This document shows, one piece after another, positions 48,808 to 58,750 of a stretch of DNA of 64,000 bases. The DNA is from Deltaproteobacteria bacterium (GTDB lineage Bacteria > Myxococcota_A > UBA796 > CAJQPC01), in assembly GCA_016706815.1 (NCBI GenBank), contig JADJIW010000040.1, forward strand, positions 16,251-80,250, in the 5' to 3' direction. Below the pieces are notes generated by a model. The model had not been told where the DNA came from, did not search any database, and saw nothing but the letters and a program-made list of their open reading frames with translations. The stretch's first letter is position 1; every line of letters begins with the position of its first letter. Made by a program: the position numbers and the translations under genes.

Positions 48808-49674
48808 ATGTCCTGGATTGAGCTGCGCGCGGTGGTCCCCCGGACCCGCATGGATGACCTCTCGGATCTGGCCTTCGTCAACGGCGCCAGCGGCGTACAA
48901 GAGGCCCCGGCGCCGGGCACGCCGCTGCGTTTTCGCCAGCCCTGGGACACCGAAGATCCCCCCCTGCCGATGTTTGTGACCTTCCGCGCGTGGTTTGGCG
49001 AAGACGACGCTGAGGCCGCCGAGGCCGCCTTCGCCGAGGCCGACGGCGAGCTGACCTTCGAGCGCCTGACGGTGAACGAAGAGGACTGGGCGGAGAGCTG
49101 GAAGATCCACCACCACCGCATCGTGATCTCCGATCGCCTGCGCGTCTCGCCGCCGTGGGAGGCCGTGCCCGGCGACCTCGTCATCCCCCCCGGCCAGGCC
49201 TTCGGCACCGGCGACCACCCCACCACCCTGGCCTGCCTGAGCGCCATCGACCGCCTCGCCGGGGAGTGCCGCACCTGCCTCGACGTGGGCAGCGGCTCCG
49301 GCGTGCTCGCCTTGGCCGCGGTGAAGCTGGGCATGAAGGCCGTGGGCGTCGACAACGACCCCGAGTGTGTGCGCACGGCCAAAGAGAACGCCGCCGAGAA
49401 CGAGCTCGAGGCCCACTTCTCTGACACCGAGCTGCCCGCGCTGCGCGGCCCCTACGACCTCGTCGTGGCGAACCTCTACGCCGAGGTGCTCGTCGGCATG
49501 GCGCCAGAGCTCATCCGCCTCACCGGCCGTCACCTCGTGCTCGCGGGCATCCTCGCCGACCGCGCCGACAAGGTGGTCGAGGCGCTCTCCCCTCCCCTCG
49601 CGCTCACCGCCCGGGTTCAAGAGGGCGACTGGGTGAGCCTACACCTGGTCAAGCTCGCTGAGGAGCGCGGTTGA
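48808..49674 (+). CDS. prmA: Ribosomal protein L11 methyltransferase PrmA
   Basis: Track ORF with FGTGDHPTT and DVGSGSGVLALAA motifs. Confidence 0.9.
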   Translation: MSWIELRAVVPRTRMDDLSDLAFVNGASGVQEAPAPGTPLRFRQPWDTEDPPLPMFVTFRAWFGEDDAEAAEAAFAEADGELTFERLTVNEEDWAESWKIHHHRIVISDRLRVSPPWEAVPGDLVIPPGQAFGTGDHPTTLACLSAIDRLAGECRTCLDVGSGSGVLALAAVKLGMKAVGVDNDPECVRTAKENAAENELEAHFSDTELPALRGPYDLVVANLYAEVLVGMAPELIRLTGRHLVLAGILADRADKVVEALSPPLALTARVQEGDWVSLHLVKLAEERG

Positions 49675-50372
49675 CCCGTCGTTTTCGTGCGCCCTTCTTG
49701 CCGGGTGAAGGCGAGCGGGTGCAGCTCGACGCCGAGGTCTCTCACCACCTGCTCCGGGTCACGCTTGTGCCCCGGGGTGAGGCGGTGATCCTCTTTGACG
49801 GCCAAGGCGCCGAGTGTGACGGCCGCCTCGTGGACTCCGACGGCGAGCGGGCCGTGGTGTTGGCGACGAGCGGCGCTCGTCAGGTCTCGGCCTTGGCCCC
49901 GCGGGTGATGGTGATGGGCCTCACCCGAAAGCCCGCTTGGGATCTCTCCTTACGGCTGGCGACGGAGCTGGGCATGACCGAGCTTCGCCCCTTTGTGGCC
50001 CGGCGCTCCATCGCCCAGGGGGACCACCTCGACCGCTGGGAGCGCATCACGTCCGAGGCCGCCCGCCAGTGTGGCCGCGCCGACGCCCCCACCCTGCGCC
50101 CCGTCGCGCCGCTGCGCGCCCAGCTCAGCGGCCTCGTCGGGCATCGCCTCGTGCTCACCCCCGGCGCCAACCCCACACGCCCGGCGGCAGAGGACGAGGC
50201 GCTGTGCCTCCTCCTGGGCCCTGAGGGTGGCCTCGCCCCCGATGAGCTGGCCTTGGCCGCCGAGGCCGGCTTCGTGACCGCGAGCTTGGGGCGCTGGACG
50301 CTGCGCGCCGACACCGCCGTCGCAGTGGCTCTGGCCCGCTACGCCCCGAGCGAAGCGCCGCCGAATCGCTGA
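49671..50372 (+). CDS. rsmE: 16S rRNA (uracil1498-N3)-methyltransferase RsmE
   Basis: Track ORF. It overlaps prmA by 4 nt, has the SPOUT fold and ends with the LLLGPEGG motif. Confidence 0.85.
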   Translation: MTRRFRAPFLPGEGERVQLDAEVSHHLLRVTLVPRGEAVILFDGQGAECDGRLVDSDGERAVVLATSGARQVSALAPRVMVMGLTRKPAWDLSLRLATELGMTELRPFVARRSIAQGDHLDRWERITSEAARQCGRADAPTLRPVAPLRAQLSGLVGHRLVLTPGANPTRPAAEDEALCLLLGPEGGLAPDELALAAEAGFVTASLGRWTLRADTAVAVALARYAPSEAPPNR

Positions 50373-50413
50373 CGCCGCGCACCGAATCTGACGCGGCGCC
50401 CTGAAGCGCGACA

Positions 50414-50437
50414 CGCGGTGAGGAGGGCCTCACCGCG
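50414..50437. terminator. GC-rich 10 bp-stem hairpin (cgcggtgagg-aggg-cctcaccgcg) between convergent rsmE and the lipoprotein gene; no U-tract
   Basis: Perfect inverted repeat read directly from the sequence. Confidence 0.35.
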
Positions 50438-50468
50438 CGTCGATTGGAGACGCCTGACGGCGTGGGGA

Positions 50469-52967
50469 TCAGCTCCGGCGGCGGCGGCGCGCCATCGCGA
50501 GACCGGCGCCCAAGAGGCCCAGGCCCACACCGGCGCCAGCCCCGGAGGACGAGCAGCCCGACGTCTCCTCGGAGGGGACGATCTTCACGAAGTTCTTGAA
50601 CAAGGCGCCTTCAGGGTAGACCGCCACCCGGGCGAAGTCCCAGACCTGGTGGCCCGAGGCGTCCTGGGCGACGAGGTAGAACTGGAAGATCTCACCCTCG
50701 TCGTTGTCCAGAGTCTCCGGCGCCGTCCAAGACAGGGTCGAAGAGGTGGTGCCCGCGGAGGTGCCGCCGTCGGTCGTCCAGGTGAAGAAGATCGTCTCGC
50801 CGTCGGCGTCGTAGATGAAGGTGGAGAGCTGGACGGTGTCGTTGACCTCCACCGCCGTCTGGCTCAGGTCGATCCCGCCGACGATGAGCGGCTCAGAGTC
50901 CAAGGCGAGGCAGGCGTCATCGACGAGGCCGTTGCAGTCGTTGTCAACGCTGTCGCAGATCTCGACGGCGCTGGGGCTGATCTCCTCGTCGAGGTCGTTG
51001 CAGTCGTTGTTGACCTCGGCGTAGCCGTCACCGTCATCATCGCTGAGCGTGGTGTTCTCGTCGATGGTGCCGTCGCAGTCGTTGTCCTTGTAGTCGGGGG
51101 ACTCGGGCGCGCCGGGGTAGGTGTCCTCGTCGGTGTCGTCACAGTCGAGGTCGTTCTCGGAGAAGGTGTCGCCGTCGTCGTCGGAGCCGATGGTGCCCTC
51201 GTCAACGATGCTGTCGCAGTCGTTGTCCAGAGAGTCGTAGATCTCCGCCGCGTTGGGGTAGGTGTCGCGGTTGTTGTCGTCGCAGTCGACCACCAGCTCG
51301 CTGGAGTCGGTGCCGAAGGCGTCGCCGTCGTCATCGCTGCTGGGGTAGGCCGCGTTGATGATCATCGACAAGGAGGCCGTCGTGCGGATGCCCGAGGCGT
51401 CGGTGACGCGGACGAGCAGGGTGTCAACGCCGGGGTTGAAGTCTTCAGTGGGCACCGACAAGAAGACGTGGCCAGAGGACTCCGTCGGCGTGCAGTCGGC
51501 GACGTTGGCCAGCACGTTGAGCGAGCTGTACACCTTGCACGAGAGCGAGGTGGCCGGCTGGTTCTTGTCGAAGACGTTCAGCTCCATCTCGATGGGGCCG
51601 GGGTTGTTGTGCATGTACCCGGGCTCGGGGGAGCGGATGCTCACCGTCGGCGCCACGTTGTCTGGGTCGGTGCCGTTGTTGCCCTGGAGGTAGACCGGCA
51701 CCGAGGGGCTGGAGCTGTCGTCGGAGTTGACGTAGACCGTGCAGTACGCGCTCTTTTGGTCCTCGGGGACGAAGGTGACCTCGATGAGCGAGCTCTTGCC
51801 GGACTCAAGCACCTTGGTGGAGTCCGCGGCCTCAGCGAAGGAGTAGGTGAGGCTGAAGGCGGCGTCGCAGGTGGAGTCCAGCGTGGGGGCGGTGAGCGTC
51901 AGATCGCCGTCGCCGCTGTTCAGCACGCGGATGTAGCGCACCTCCTCTTCACCCGTCCAGACCGAGCCGAAGGGCACGGAGCGGGGGGTCACGATGGCGC
52001 GGCCCTCACCCTTCTCGGCCTCACCCTTCGTGTAGACGACGGTGAAGGAGTTGTCGAGGTCGGCCCAATACTCGGGGTCGGCGTCGTCTTCACGGACCTG
52101 GGTCTTGGTCTCGATGATGACCGAGCCGTAGACATCCCCGACGCTGACCGGCGAGAAGGTGACGTCTACGGGCATCTTGCAGCCCTTGTCTAAGGTGAAG
52201 AGCACCTGGCCGTCGCCGGGATCCGTGCCGGTGTCGCCGCCGCCGGAGTCGCCGCCGCCGGAGTCGCCGCCGGAGTCACCGCCGATGCCCGTGTCGGTGT
52301 CGATGGGCTCACCGCCGATGTTGCCCTTGAGATCGACCTCAAGCACCGCGGGGGTGCCGTTGGTGACGATGACCAGCAGGGCCTCATCGCCGGTGTTGGT
52401 GGTCGGCGCGTAGTTGAGCAGCACCACCGTGGATGCGCCCTTGGGGATGGTGGAGCCCGTGGGGTCTACGATCATCGAGAAGGGGCTGTCAGACGGCGCG
52501 ATGGCGGCCTTGGTGATCGAGAGATCGGCGTCGCCCGTGTTGGTCAGGGTGAGGTACTCAAGGCTGTCGCTGCCCGCCGCGACCTTGCCGAAGTCCACCG
52601 TCGTCTTATCGACGGAGATGACCGGCCCAGGAGGCGCGCTGCCGCCGGACTTCGCGGTGGGCTCGCCGGTGTCACCCTCGGCGGACTCGGGGCAAGACAT
52701 CAGGGTGGGGTCGTAGGTGACGGTGAAGTCGCCGTCCATGCCCCCGCCTTCACGGATGTCGGAGATCCCCAGCGGCAGGTCGCCGTTGTTGGAGATCGTG
52801 AAGGTGCGCGTGACCGCCTCGCCGTGCTCCGTGAGGCCAAACTCAACCCACTTGGAGCTGACCTCGATGACCGGGTACGTCAGCTCGACAAAGTCGTTTG
52901 AGGGTTGGCGGCAACCAGCGAGGGCCACCGCGATGACGCCGAGGGAGAGAATCGGGAGCGACTTCAT
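50469..52967 (-). CDS. Large secreted lipoprotein with four Cys/Asp-rich 'putative metal-binding (MopE-like)' repeats and a C-terminal MYXO-CTERM-type sorting signal
   Basis: Track ORF 50469..53033. The real start is MKSLPILSLGVIAVALAGC (lipobox). Repeats of DxDGDxxxxDCDDxxxxxYPGAxExCDxxDNDCDGxxDE occur four times. The tail is GCSSSGAGAGVGLGLLGAGLAMARRRRRS. Confidence 0.8.
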   Translation of the reverse strand: MKSLPILSLGVIAVALAGCRQPSNDFVELTYPVIEVSSKWVEFGLTEHGEAVTRTFTISNNGDLPLGISDIREGGGMDGDFTVTYDPTLMSCPESAEGDTGEPTAKSGGSAPPGPVISVDKTTVDFGKVAAGSDSLEYLTLTNTGDADLSITKAAIAPSDSPFSMIVDPTGSTIPKGASTVVLLNYAPTTNTGDEALLVIVTNGTPAVLEVDLKGNIGGEPIDTDTGIGGDSGGDSGGGDSGGGDTGTDPGDGQVLFTLDKGCKMPVDVTFSPVSVGDVYGSVIIETKTQVREDDADPEYWADLDNSFTVVYTKGEAEKGEGRAIVTPRSVPFGSVWTGEEEVRYIRVLNSGDGDLTLTAPTLDSTCDAAFSLTYSFAEAADSTKVLESGKSSLIEVTFVPEDQKSAYCTVYVNSDDSSSPSVPVYLQGNNGTDPDNVAPTVSIRSPEPGYMHNNPGPIEMELNVFDKNQPATSLSCKVYSSLNVLANVADCTPTESSGHVFLSVPTEDFNPGVDTLLVRVTDASGIRTTASLSMIINAAYPSSDDDGDAFGTDSSELVVDCDDNNRDTYPNAAEIYDSLDNDCDSIVDEGTIGSDDDGDTFSENDLDCDDTDEDTYPGAPESPDYKDNDCDGTIDENTTLSDDDGDGYAEVNNDCNDLDEEISPSAVEICDSVDNDCNGLVDDACLALDSEPLIVGGIDLSQTAVEVNDTVQLSTFIYDADGETIFFTWTTDGGTSAGTTSSTLSWTAPETLDNDEGEIFQFYLVAQDASGHQVWDFARVAVYPEGALFKNFVKIVPSEETSGCSSSGAGAGVGLGLLGAGLAMARRRRRS

Positions 52968-53179
52968 GCTGAGCGCCTCGAAGATGAGGTGGCCTGAGGG
53001 CGAGGAGCCGGGTGTGACAGCGGGTGTTGTCAACTCGACGTGAACGGCTTCGCATCATAGCGCAAGTTCAGCAGGGCTGCAGCGCACCCGCGGCGTGCGG
53101 CGGCATAAAAAGTATACCTGACCTCGCTCCCGTGGGTGTCAGGGACATGATCCGCCGCCGCTGCGGATCGTGCCTGGGC

Positions 53180-53800
53180 TCAGAGCAGATGCCCGCTCTT
53201 GGCGCGTTTTGTGTCGAGGTAGTGCTGGTTATGCTCGTTGGGGGGCATCCGCACGGGGATCGTCCCGACCACAGGCACCCCGAAGCCACGCAACCCGGCG
53301 ATCTTCTTTGGGTTGTTGGTGAGCAGGCACACCGAACGAATGCCGAGGGCCATGACCATGCTCGCCGCGATGTCGTAGCGGCGGAGGTCGTCCTCAAAGC
53401 CTAAGGCGAGGTTGGCCTCGACGGTGTCAAGGCCCATGTCTTGAAGCGCGTAGGCGCGGATCTTGTTCACGAGGCCGATGCCCCGGCCCTCTTGCGGGAG
53501 GTAGAGCACCGCGCCGCGCTCGGCCCGACCGATGAACCGTAAGGCGGCCTCAAGCTGGTCACGGCAGTCACACCGCAGGCTGCCCATGACGTCGCCGGTG
53601 AAGCACTCGGAGTGCAGTCGAACCGGCACCCCTTCGGCCTCGTTGACGTCGCCGCGGATCACCGCGCCGAGATCAACACCATCCCAGGTGCGAAACCCAA
53701 CCACGCGGAAGTCGCCGTAGCGGCTGGGGAGCCGAGCGTCAGCGACGAGCTCGACAAGGGGGAGGGAGGAGCCGGAAGCTCCGTGAGTGAACTCTTCCAT
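53180..53800 (-). CDS. ribA: GTP cyclohydrolase II
   Basis: Track ORF 53180..53824 with a CxCxxC zinc motif (ECFTGDVMGSLRCDCRDQ) and a conserved GTP-binding region. The likely start is MEEFTH. Confidence 0.85.
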   Translation of the reverse strand: MEEFTHGASGSSLPLVELVADARLPSRYGDFRVVGFRTWDGVDLGAVIRGDVNEAEGVPVRLHSECFTGDVMGSLRCDCRDQLEAALRFIGRAERGAVLYLPQEGRGIGLVNKIRAYALQDMGLDTVEANLALGFEDDLRRYDIAASMVMALGIRSVCLLTNNPKKIAGLRGFGVPVVGTIPVRMPPNEHNQHYLDTKRAKSGHLL

Positions 53801-53993
53801 GTACCTGCTCCTGGCGACTGCCAAGGGGCAGCCGCGCGGGCGAATCGCCCTTCACGGTGGGAATCACCGAAGGCCACGCGATGTGCCGATGCTTGAACAA
53901 GCCGGAGACAGTGTACATCAGGAGCGAATCGTCAAGCGGACAGGGATCGTTGGGCGCGCGGAGCGAGCGCGCGCCCAACGAGGAGCGCTCAGC

Positions 53994-54287
53994 TCACTCA
54001 GCGACGACGTCGTCGACGTTGAGGGCCTCTTTGAGCCCCTTGCCCGCGCGGAACACGGGGATGCGGCGCTCGGGCACGTTGATCTCCTCGCGGTTCTTGG
54101 GGTTGCGCCCCTTGAACGAGCGACGGCGAGAGATCGTGAAGGTGCCGAAGTCGGAGATGGTCACCTTGTCACCGTTGGTCAGGGCCTCACGGATGGCCTC
54201 GGTGAGGATGTTGATGTAGTTCGCGGCGCGCACCTTGGGGATGTTCGCGCGCTCCGCCAGCGCCTCGGTCAGATCCGCCTTGTTCAT
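53994..54287 (-). CDS. HU/IHF-family DNA-binding protein
   Basis: Track ORF. The likely start is MNKADL. It matches HU/IHF (GDKVTISDFGTF..R..RNPKN.E.I.VP.R.IP.F.AGK). Confidence 0.85.
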   Translation of the reverse strand: MNKADLTEALAERANIPKVRAANYINILTEAIREALTNGDKVTISDFGTFTISRRRSFKGRNPKNREEINVPERRIPVFRAGKGLKEALNVDDVVAE

Positions 54288-54299
54288 GTTGGCCTCCAT

Positions 54300-54530
54300 C
54301 ATTCTTGTGATTATTGTATTTCTTAAAGAGTCGTAGTCTACAGAGGTTCTATGACTCTTTCTGACCCTTGCATGAACGAAGGTACCACACTGAGAAACCC
54401 GCGTCTACTCAGATAAGTGCGAGAGTTTCGTGAACTGCGCTCACTTTTCTGAGATCGCCCGACTCAAGGTTGCTCTTTGTGATATTAGTACAAATATCTA
54501 TATTTGTTGTTTTTGATGTACAGCACCTCC
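54300..54530. promoter_or_regulatory. AT-rich island (about 45% GC in a 70% GC genome) immediately upstream of the HU gene; probable strong promoter/UP-element region
   Basis: Read directly: ttgtgattattgtatttcttaaag.., ..tgtgatattagtacaaatatctatatttgttgtttttgatgtacagc. An 8 bp inverted repeat AAAGAGTC..GACTCTTT lies at 54326-54361. Confidence 0.35.
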
Positions 54531-54721
54531 GCAGGGATGAGCCCCATCGGCAGCACCATCCTCCATAGACAGAGCGTGGACAGGGATTGCACAGGGAGCC
54601 CAGATCCCCTTCAGGAGCGTCCTGATGAGATCCATTGGGCCAACGCCGAGGCCAGCCTATGGACAGGCCTGAGCGACTTTTGCACAGGCTTGGGGGGCGC
54701 TTGGGGAGACTTCGGCGTGAC

Positions 54722-55786
54722 TCAGGCGCGCTCGGGGCGCCAGACCTCACGCTCCCCTTCAAGCAAGGGGGAGTGGATCCAGCCGCCGCGCACCATGAGC
54801 GATTTGGGCAAGACGCTGATGGTGCCGGGCAACATTCCTGGCTGCTCGCCGTCTACGTCCAGGAGAACGGGCTCATCTCCCAGGCCACGCGCGGTCACCT
54901 TCGTGACATACGCGCGGCGGGCGCCGGGGATCTTCCAGGCCGTGCCGTCGTAGAGCCGCCACGAGCGGGCGACGTTGCCCACGAGGCCGAAGTTGGGCAA
55001 CAGCGTGAGATCAAAGGCGCCGTCGTGCATCGAGCCGCCTTTGCCGACGTGCATCCCGCCGCCGCAGTACGCGCCGTTGGCCAAGAAGCCCGAGAGGAGC
55101 TCCCCTGTCCACTCGCCGGGGCCGTCGGGGCCCTCCCACTCGACCTTCACCTGGCCGGGCTTGTACTGCATGAGGGAGTCGACGGTGGACTTGTAGAACG
55201 TGAACTTGCCGCCGAGGCGCTTGGAGCCCTTGTTGACGCGGTCCACGACGTCACCGTTGGCGCCGAAGCCCATGACGTTGATGAACACCCGCTCAAAGGG
55301 GCGCCCGTCGTGGGTGAGCGCCTCGACGTGGCCCACGTCCGTGGGGAGGGTCATGCCCGTGGAGGCCACCCACAGGGCGTCCTCTAAGCCGCCCGGCGCG
55401 CGCAGCGTCTTCGCGAGGTCGGAGCCCGTGCCCCAAGGCAAGATCGTGTACACCGCGCTGCGGCGACGGGTGAGGCGACCGTTAAAGAAGCCGTTGACGA
55501 CCTCGTTGCAGGTGCCGTCACCGCCGAGGGCCGCGATGATGTCGAAGCCCGCGTCGATCGCCTCGCGGGCGAGCTCGGTGGCGTGGCCGGGGCCCTCGCT
55601 GACCTTGACCTCCCACTGCTCAAAGGCGCGGTCGACCGCCCGGCGGATCTCGTCGAGGCGCGCCCCCACCTCTCCGGCCTTCGCTTTGGGGTTCACGACG
55701 CAGGCGAAGCGCTCGCCGGTGTTTCGGGCGCGGGCGCTCTCGCGATAGTCGTAGGCCGAGGGGAGCTTGTTGCGCCAGTCGCTCAC
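54722..55786 (-). CDS. Diacylglycerol-kinase-family lipid kinase (YegS/BmrU-like)
   Basis: Track ORF with the DAGK_cat signature (AALGGDGTCNEVVNG) and a GTGSD motif. Confidence 0.8.
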   Translation of the reverse strand: MSDWRNKLPSAYDYRESARARNTGERFACVVNPKAKAGEVGARLDEIRRAVDRAFEQWEVKVSEGPGHATELAREAIDAGFDIIAALGGDGTCNEVVNGFFNGRLTRRRSAVYTILPWGTGSDLAKTLRAPGGLEDALWVASTGMTLPTDVGHVEALTHDGRPFERVFINVMGFGANGDVVDRVNKGSKRLGGKFTFYKSTVDSLMQYKPGQVKVEWEGPDGPGEWTGELLSGFLANGAYCGGGMHVGKGGSMHDGAFDLTLLPNFGLVGNVARSWRLYDGTAWKIPGARRAYVTKVTARGLGDEPVLLDVDGEQPGMLPGTISVLPKSLMVRGGWIHSPLLEGEREVWRPERA

Positions 55787-55845
55787 GGAGAACCTCCAGG
55801 GGGTCGGTGGGGGCCGACGGAGCGTGTTTAACCCAAAACGAGCGC

Positions 55846-56316
55846 TCAGAGCGACCGGATCATCAGCACACGCTCCGCCAAACGTAAGCCCAGGCGGGCC
55901 TCGCGGGCTCTGAGCGCCAACATGCCCGGCGTCCAGGCGGCCTCGGGCACCACCTCAAAGCCTTCCCGGGCGTAGAACGGGGCGTTCCACGGGAGATGGG
56001 AGAACGTGGAGAGGCTCAGCACACCGGCGCCGCGGTCGCGGCAGAGGGCATAGCAGGCGCGTAAGAGCGCGGCGCCGAGGCCCTGGCGCTGGGCGCGGGG
56101 GTGAACGGCGAGCTCCTCGATGTGGGGGTGATCGTCCAGCGACTCCAAGTAGAGGAAACCGACGGGCTCCCCAGCGTCGTCCTCGGCGATGAGCACCCGG
56201 CCCGCCCGGAGGCCCTCGGCGTAGGGCGCGTCATCGGCGGGGCCCGCGCCGGTCTGGCCGAGCTCGACCCCGGCGGCGTGGAACAAGGAGTCGGCGGCCT
56301 CCTCGATGGGCCGCAT
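55846..56316 (-). CDS. GNAT family N-acetyltransferase
   Basis: The track ORF is extended to 56619 through a homopolymer region. The real start is MRPIEEA at 56316. The acetyl-CoA motif is AVHPRAQRQGLGAALL. Confidence 0.75.
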   Translation of the reverse strand: MRPIEEAADSLFHAAGVELGQTGAGPADDAPYAEGLRAGRVLIAEDDAGEPVGFLYLESLDDHPHIEELAVHPRAQRQGLGAALLRACYALCRDRGAGVLSLSTFSHLPWNAPFYAREGFEVVPEAAWTPGMLALRAREARLGLRLAERVLMIRSL

Positions 56317-56376
56317 GTGGGGGTGGTCGGAGGGCACCCCGAGGCGAATCGTCGGCACCCCCGGGGGCGCAGCCCC

Positions 56377-56435
56377 GGGGGGGGGGGCCCCGCGGCCCCC
56401 CCGAAGAAGACAGGGCCCCGCGGGGGGGGGGGGGG
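56377..56435. repeat. Extreme homopolymer tracts: G11 (56377-56387), C7 (56396-56402), G14 (56422-56435), in intergenic DNA
   Basis: Read directly from lines 56341-56460. Confidence 0.6.
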
Positions 56436-56749
56436 CGGGCGGAGAGGAGGGGGCCCCGGGGGTAGGCGCGAGGATACCCCGCTCGGCGCAGAGAAGAACG
56501 CCTGATCTGTGTACCCCAGAGACAAAAGACCCCGGTCCAAAAGGACCGGGGCTCTTGTGCGATCGGTGAGGCGTTCGGGGGGGCTTTCCGCCGGACCAAT
56601 CAGCGTCTCCGCCGCCCACAATGCAATCTGCGTGCCACGCGCCTGAATCGCCCGATAATAATGGTTCAACCTACACGTATGGTGAGGATCACCCCCCTGC
56701 CGACCCCCTCAAACCGACGAATCGCGACAAAAAAGTCGCAGTTTGGACC

Positions 56750-57700
56750 TCAGGTGCGTAGCGCGGTCGCGGTGAGCAGGTCGGCGAGCTCCCACGGGCG
56801 CTCTTCAGGGTGCAGATGTTGGCCGCCCGGGATGCGGTGAAGCTGGGCGTGAGGCGCGAAGCCCTGGACGGCCTCGGCTTGGGCGTAGGGGTAGAGCGGG
56901 TCGTGATCGCCCCAGATCAGCGTGAGGGACGAGGTTCTCGGCGCGCGGGTGGGCAGGGGCCCGGCGAGGGCGGCGAACCAGCGGGCCGCGGCGAGGCGGG
57001 CGGGGGCGTCGCCCGTCCAGGCCGCGGTGACCAGGGCAACGATGTCGCGCTCCATCGTGTAGGGGTTCACCACCGCGCGGCGCAGGCCCAACGACGAGGC
57101 CAGCCAGGCGTTGAGCGGGCGGGGGCGCAACAAGGTCGTGAGCGCGGCGCGGGTGGCCCCTGCCCCACCCAAGGCGCCCAGCGCCCGGGCGACAGGATCG
57201 ACCCGGGTGATCGGGCCGTTGGTGAGGATGAGCGCGTCGAGAGAATCATCGGGCAGGCCCAGGGCGACGGGCACGGCGAGGCCATGGGCGACGAGCTGCC
57301 GGGCGCCAAGCTCGGTGAGCAGCGCGGCCAAGGCGTGGCTCAGGGCGGGGAGGCCCTCGGCCTCGGGCGCGCGCAGGGTGATGGCGGCGGTGCGGCGCGG
57401 GGCGAGGCGGCGCTGAACCTCACGAAACAGCGCGGCGCCAAACGGCGGCCCGCTGACGAGCGCGAGGAGCGGACCCTCCGCGCCGTGAAGCACCACCTCA
57501 TGCGCACCGAACTGACGCTCTTCCACGAGACCTCCGGGAGTCTGCGGATAGCCGCGCGCTCCGAGGACCGCAAGCGTGAAGACGAAGGCGCCCCACACGC
57601 CGAGGTCGGCGGTGGGGCGTGAAGGTGGCCGTGGGTCCGGGTCTGGTCGCCACCTCCCGGATCCACACGATGGAGTTTTTGGGCCCACGGCCACGCTCAA
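56750..57700 (-). CDS. Alpha/beta-hydrolase
   Basis: Track ORF. The VLHGAEGPLLALVSGPP start is typical of the AB hydrolase_1 fold. The exact start is uncertain. Confidence 0.6.
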   Translation of the reverse strand: MSVAVGPKTPSCGSGRWRPDPDPRPPSRPTADLGVWGAFVFTLAVLGARGYPQTPGGLVEERQFGAHEVVLHGAEGPLLALVSGPPFGAALFREVQRRLAPRRTAAITLRAPEAEGLPALSHALAALLTELGARQLVAHGLAVPVALGLPDDSLDALILTNGPITRVDPVARALGALGGAGATRAALTTLLRPRPLNAWLASSLGLRRAVVNPYTMERDIVALVTAAWTGDAPARLAAARWFAALAGPLPTRAPRTSSLTLIWGDHDPLYPYAQAEAVQGFAPHAQLHRIPGGQHLHPEERPWELADLLTATALRT

Positions 57701-57718
57701 GGGGGTTTTGGGATGGCC

Positions 57719-58750
57719 TCAGCACACCTCGTCGTAGAGGTTGGGCACGCCGGAGGCGCTCTTCACGAGCTGCTCAATCCGCTCTCGCAGCGCGAGGTTC
57801 TCGGCCAAGGTCGCCCGGGCCTTGTCTCGGCCTTGGCCGAGGCGCTCCTCACCGAAGGCGTACCAGGCCCCCGCCCGCTGCACGACGCCGTGGGACTCGC
57901 CGAGATCCACCAGCTCGCCCAGACGATCGACACCTTCGCCGTAGAGCAGGTCAAACTCTCCGCTGCGGAAGGGCGCGGCGAGCTTGTTCTTCACCACCTT
58001 GGCCGTGGTCTTGGCGCCCATGACCTTGTCGCCGACCTTGATGCTGGCGCCGCGCCGGATGTCGATCCGCACCGAGGCGTAGTACTTCAGGGCGTTGCCG
58101 CCCGTCGTCACCTCGGAGGGGCCGAAGACCACGCCGATCTTCTGGCGGAGCTGGTTGATGAAGATCACCGTGCAGCGGGTGCGGGACACGACGCCGGTGA
58201 GCTTTCGCAGGGCCTTGGACATCATGCGGGCCTGGAGCCCCACCTGCTGATCGCCCATCTGGCCCTCCAGCTCGACCTCGGGCACCAAGGCCGCCACGGA
58301 GTCGATGACGATGAGGTCTACGGCGCCGGAGCGGCACATCTGCTCGGCGATCTCTAAGCCCTGCTCACCGGAGTCGGGCTGGGAGACGAGGAGCTGGTCG
58401 AGGCGCACGCCGAGGTGGGCGGCGTACTTGGGATCCAGGGCGTGCTCGGCGTCGATGATCGCGGCGATGCCGCCCTGGGCCTGCACGGAGGCGATGGCGT
58501 GCAGGGCGAGGGTGGTCTTGCCGCTGGCCTCGGGGCCGTAGATCTCGACCATACGCCCCCGAGGCAGGCCGCCGATGCCGAGCGCGATGTCGAGGCTCAA
58601 CGAGCCCGTCGAGATGGGGACGCCGGTCTGCTCGGCGACGCTGCCGTCGAGGCGCATCACCGCGCCGGGGCCGTACTGCTTGTGGAGCGAGTTGAGCGCC
58701 GCGTCGAGGGCCTTGAGCTGGTCGGGGTGGTGGGTGGTCTGGGTCATCAT
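57719..58750 (-). CDS. recA: Recombinase RecA
   Basis: Track ORF with Walker [13 protein letters not shown] and the L2 region. Confidence 0.95.
   Translation of the reverse strand: MMTQTTHHPDQLKALDAALNSLHKQYGPGAVMRLDGSVAEQTGVPISTGSLSLDIALGIGGLPRGRMVEIYGPEASGKTTLALHAIASVQAQGGIAAIIDAEHALDPKYAAHLGVRLDQLLVSQPDSGEQGLEIAEQMCRSGAVDLIVIDSVAALVPEVELEGQMGDQQVGLQARMMSKALRKLTGVVSRTRCTVIFINQLRQKIGVVFGPSEVTTGGNALKYYASVRIDIRRGASIKVGDKVMGAKTTAKVVKNKLAAPFRSGEFDLLYGEGVDRLGELVDLGESHGVVQRAGAWYAFGEERLGQGRDKARATLAENLALRERIEQLVKSASGVPNLYDEVC

Noticed and set aside
56317-56619. N-terminal 100 aa of track ORF 55846..56619 (GNAT)
   Set aside because: It is translated straight through the G11/C7/G14 homopolymers (poly-Gly/Pro garbage). 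GNAT homology begins at MRPIEE.
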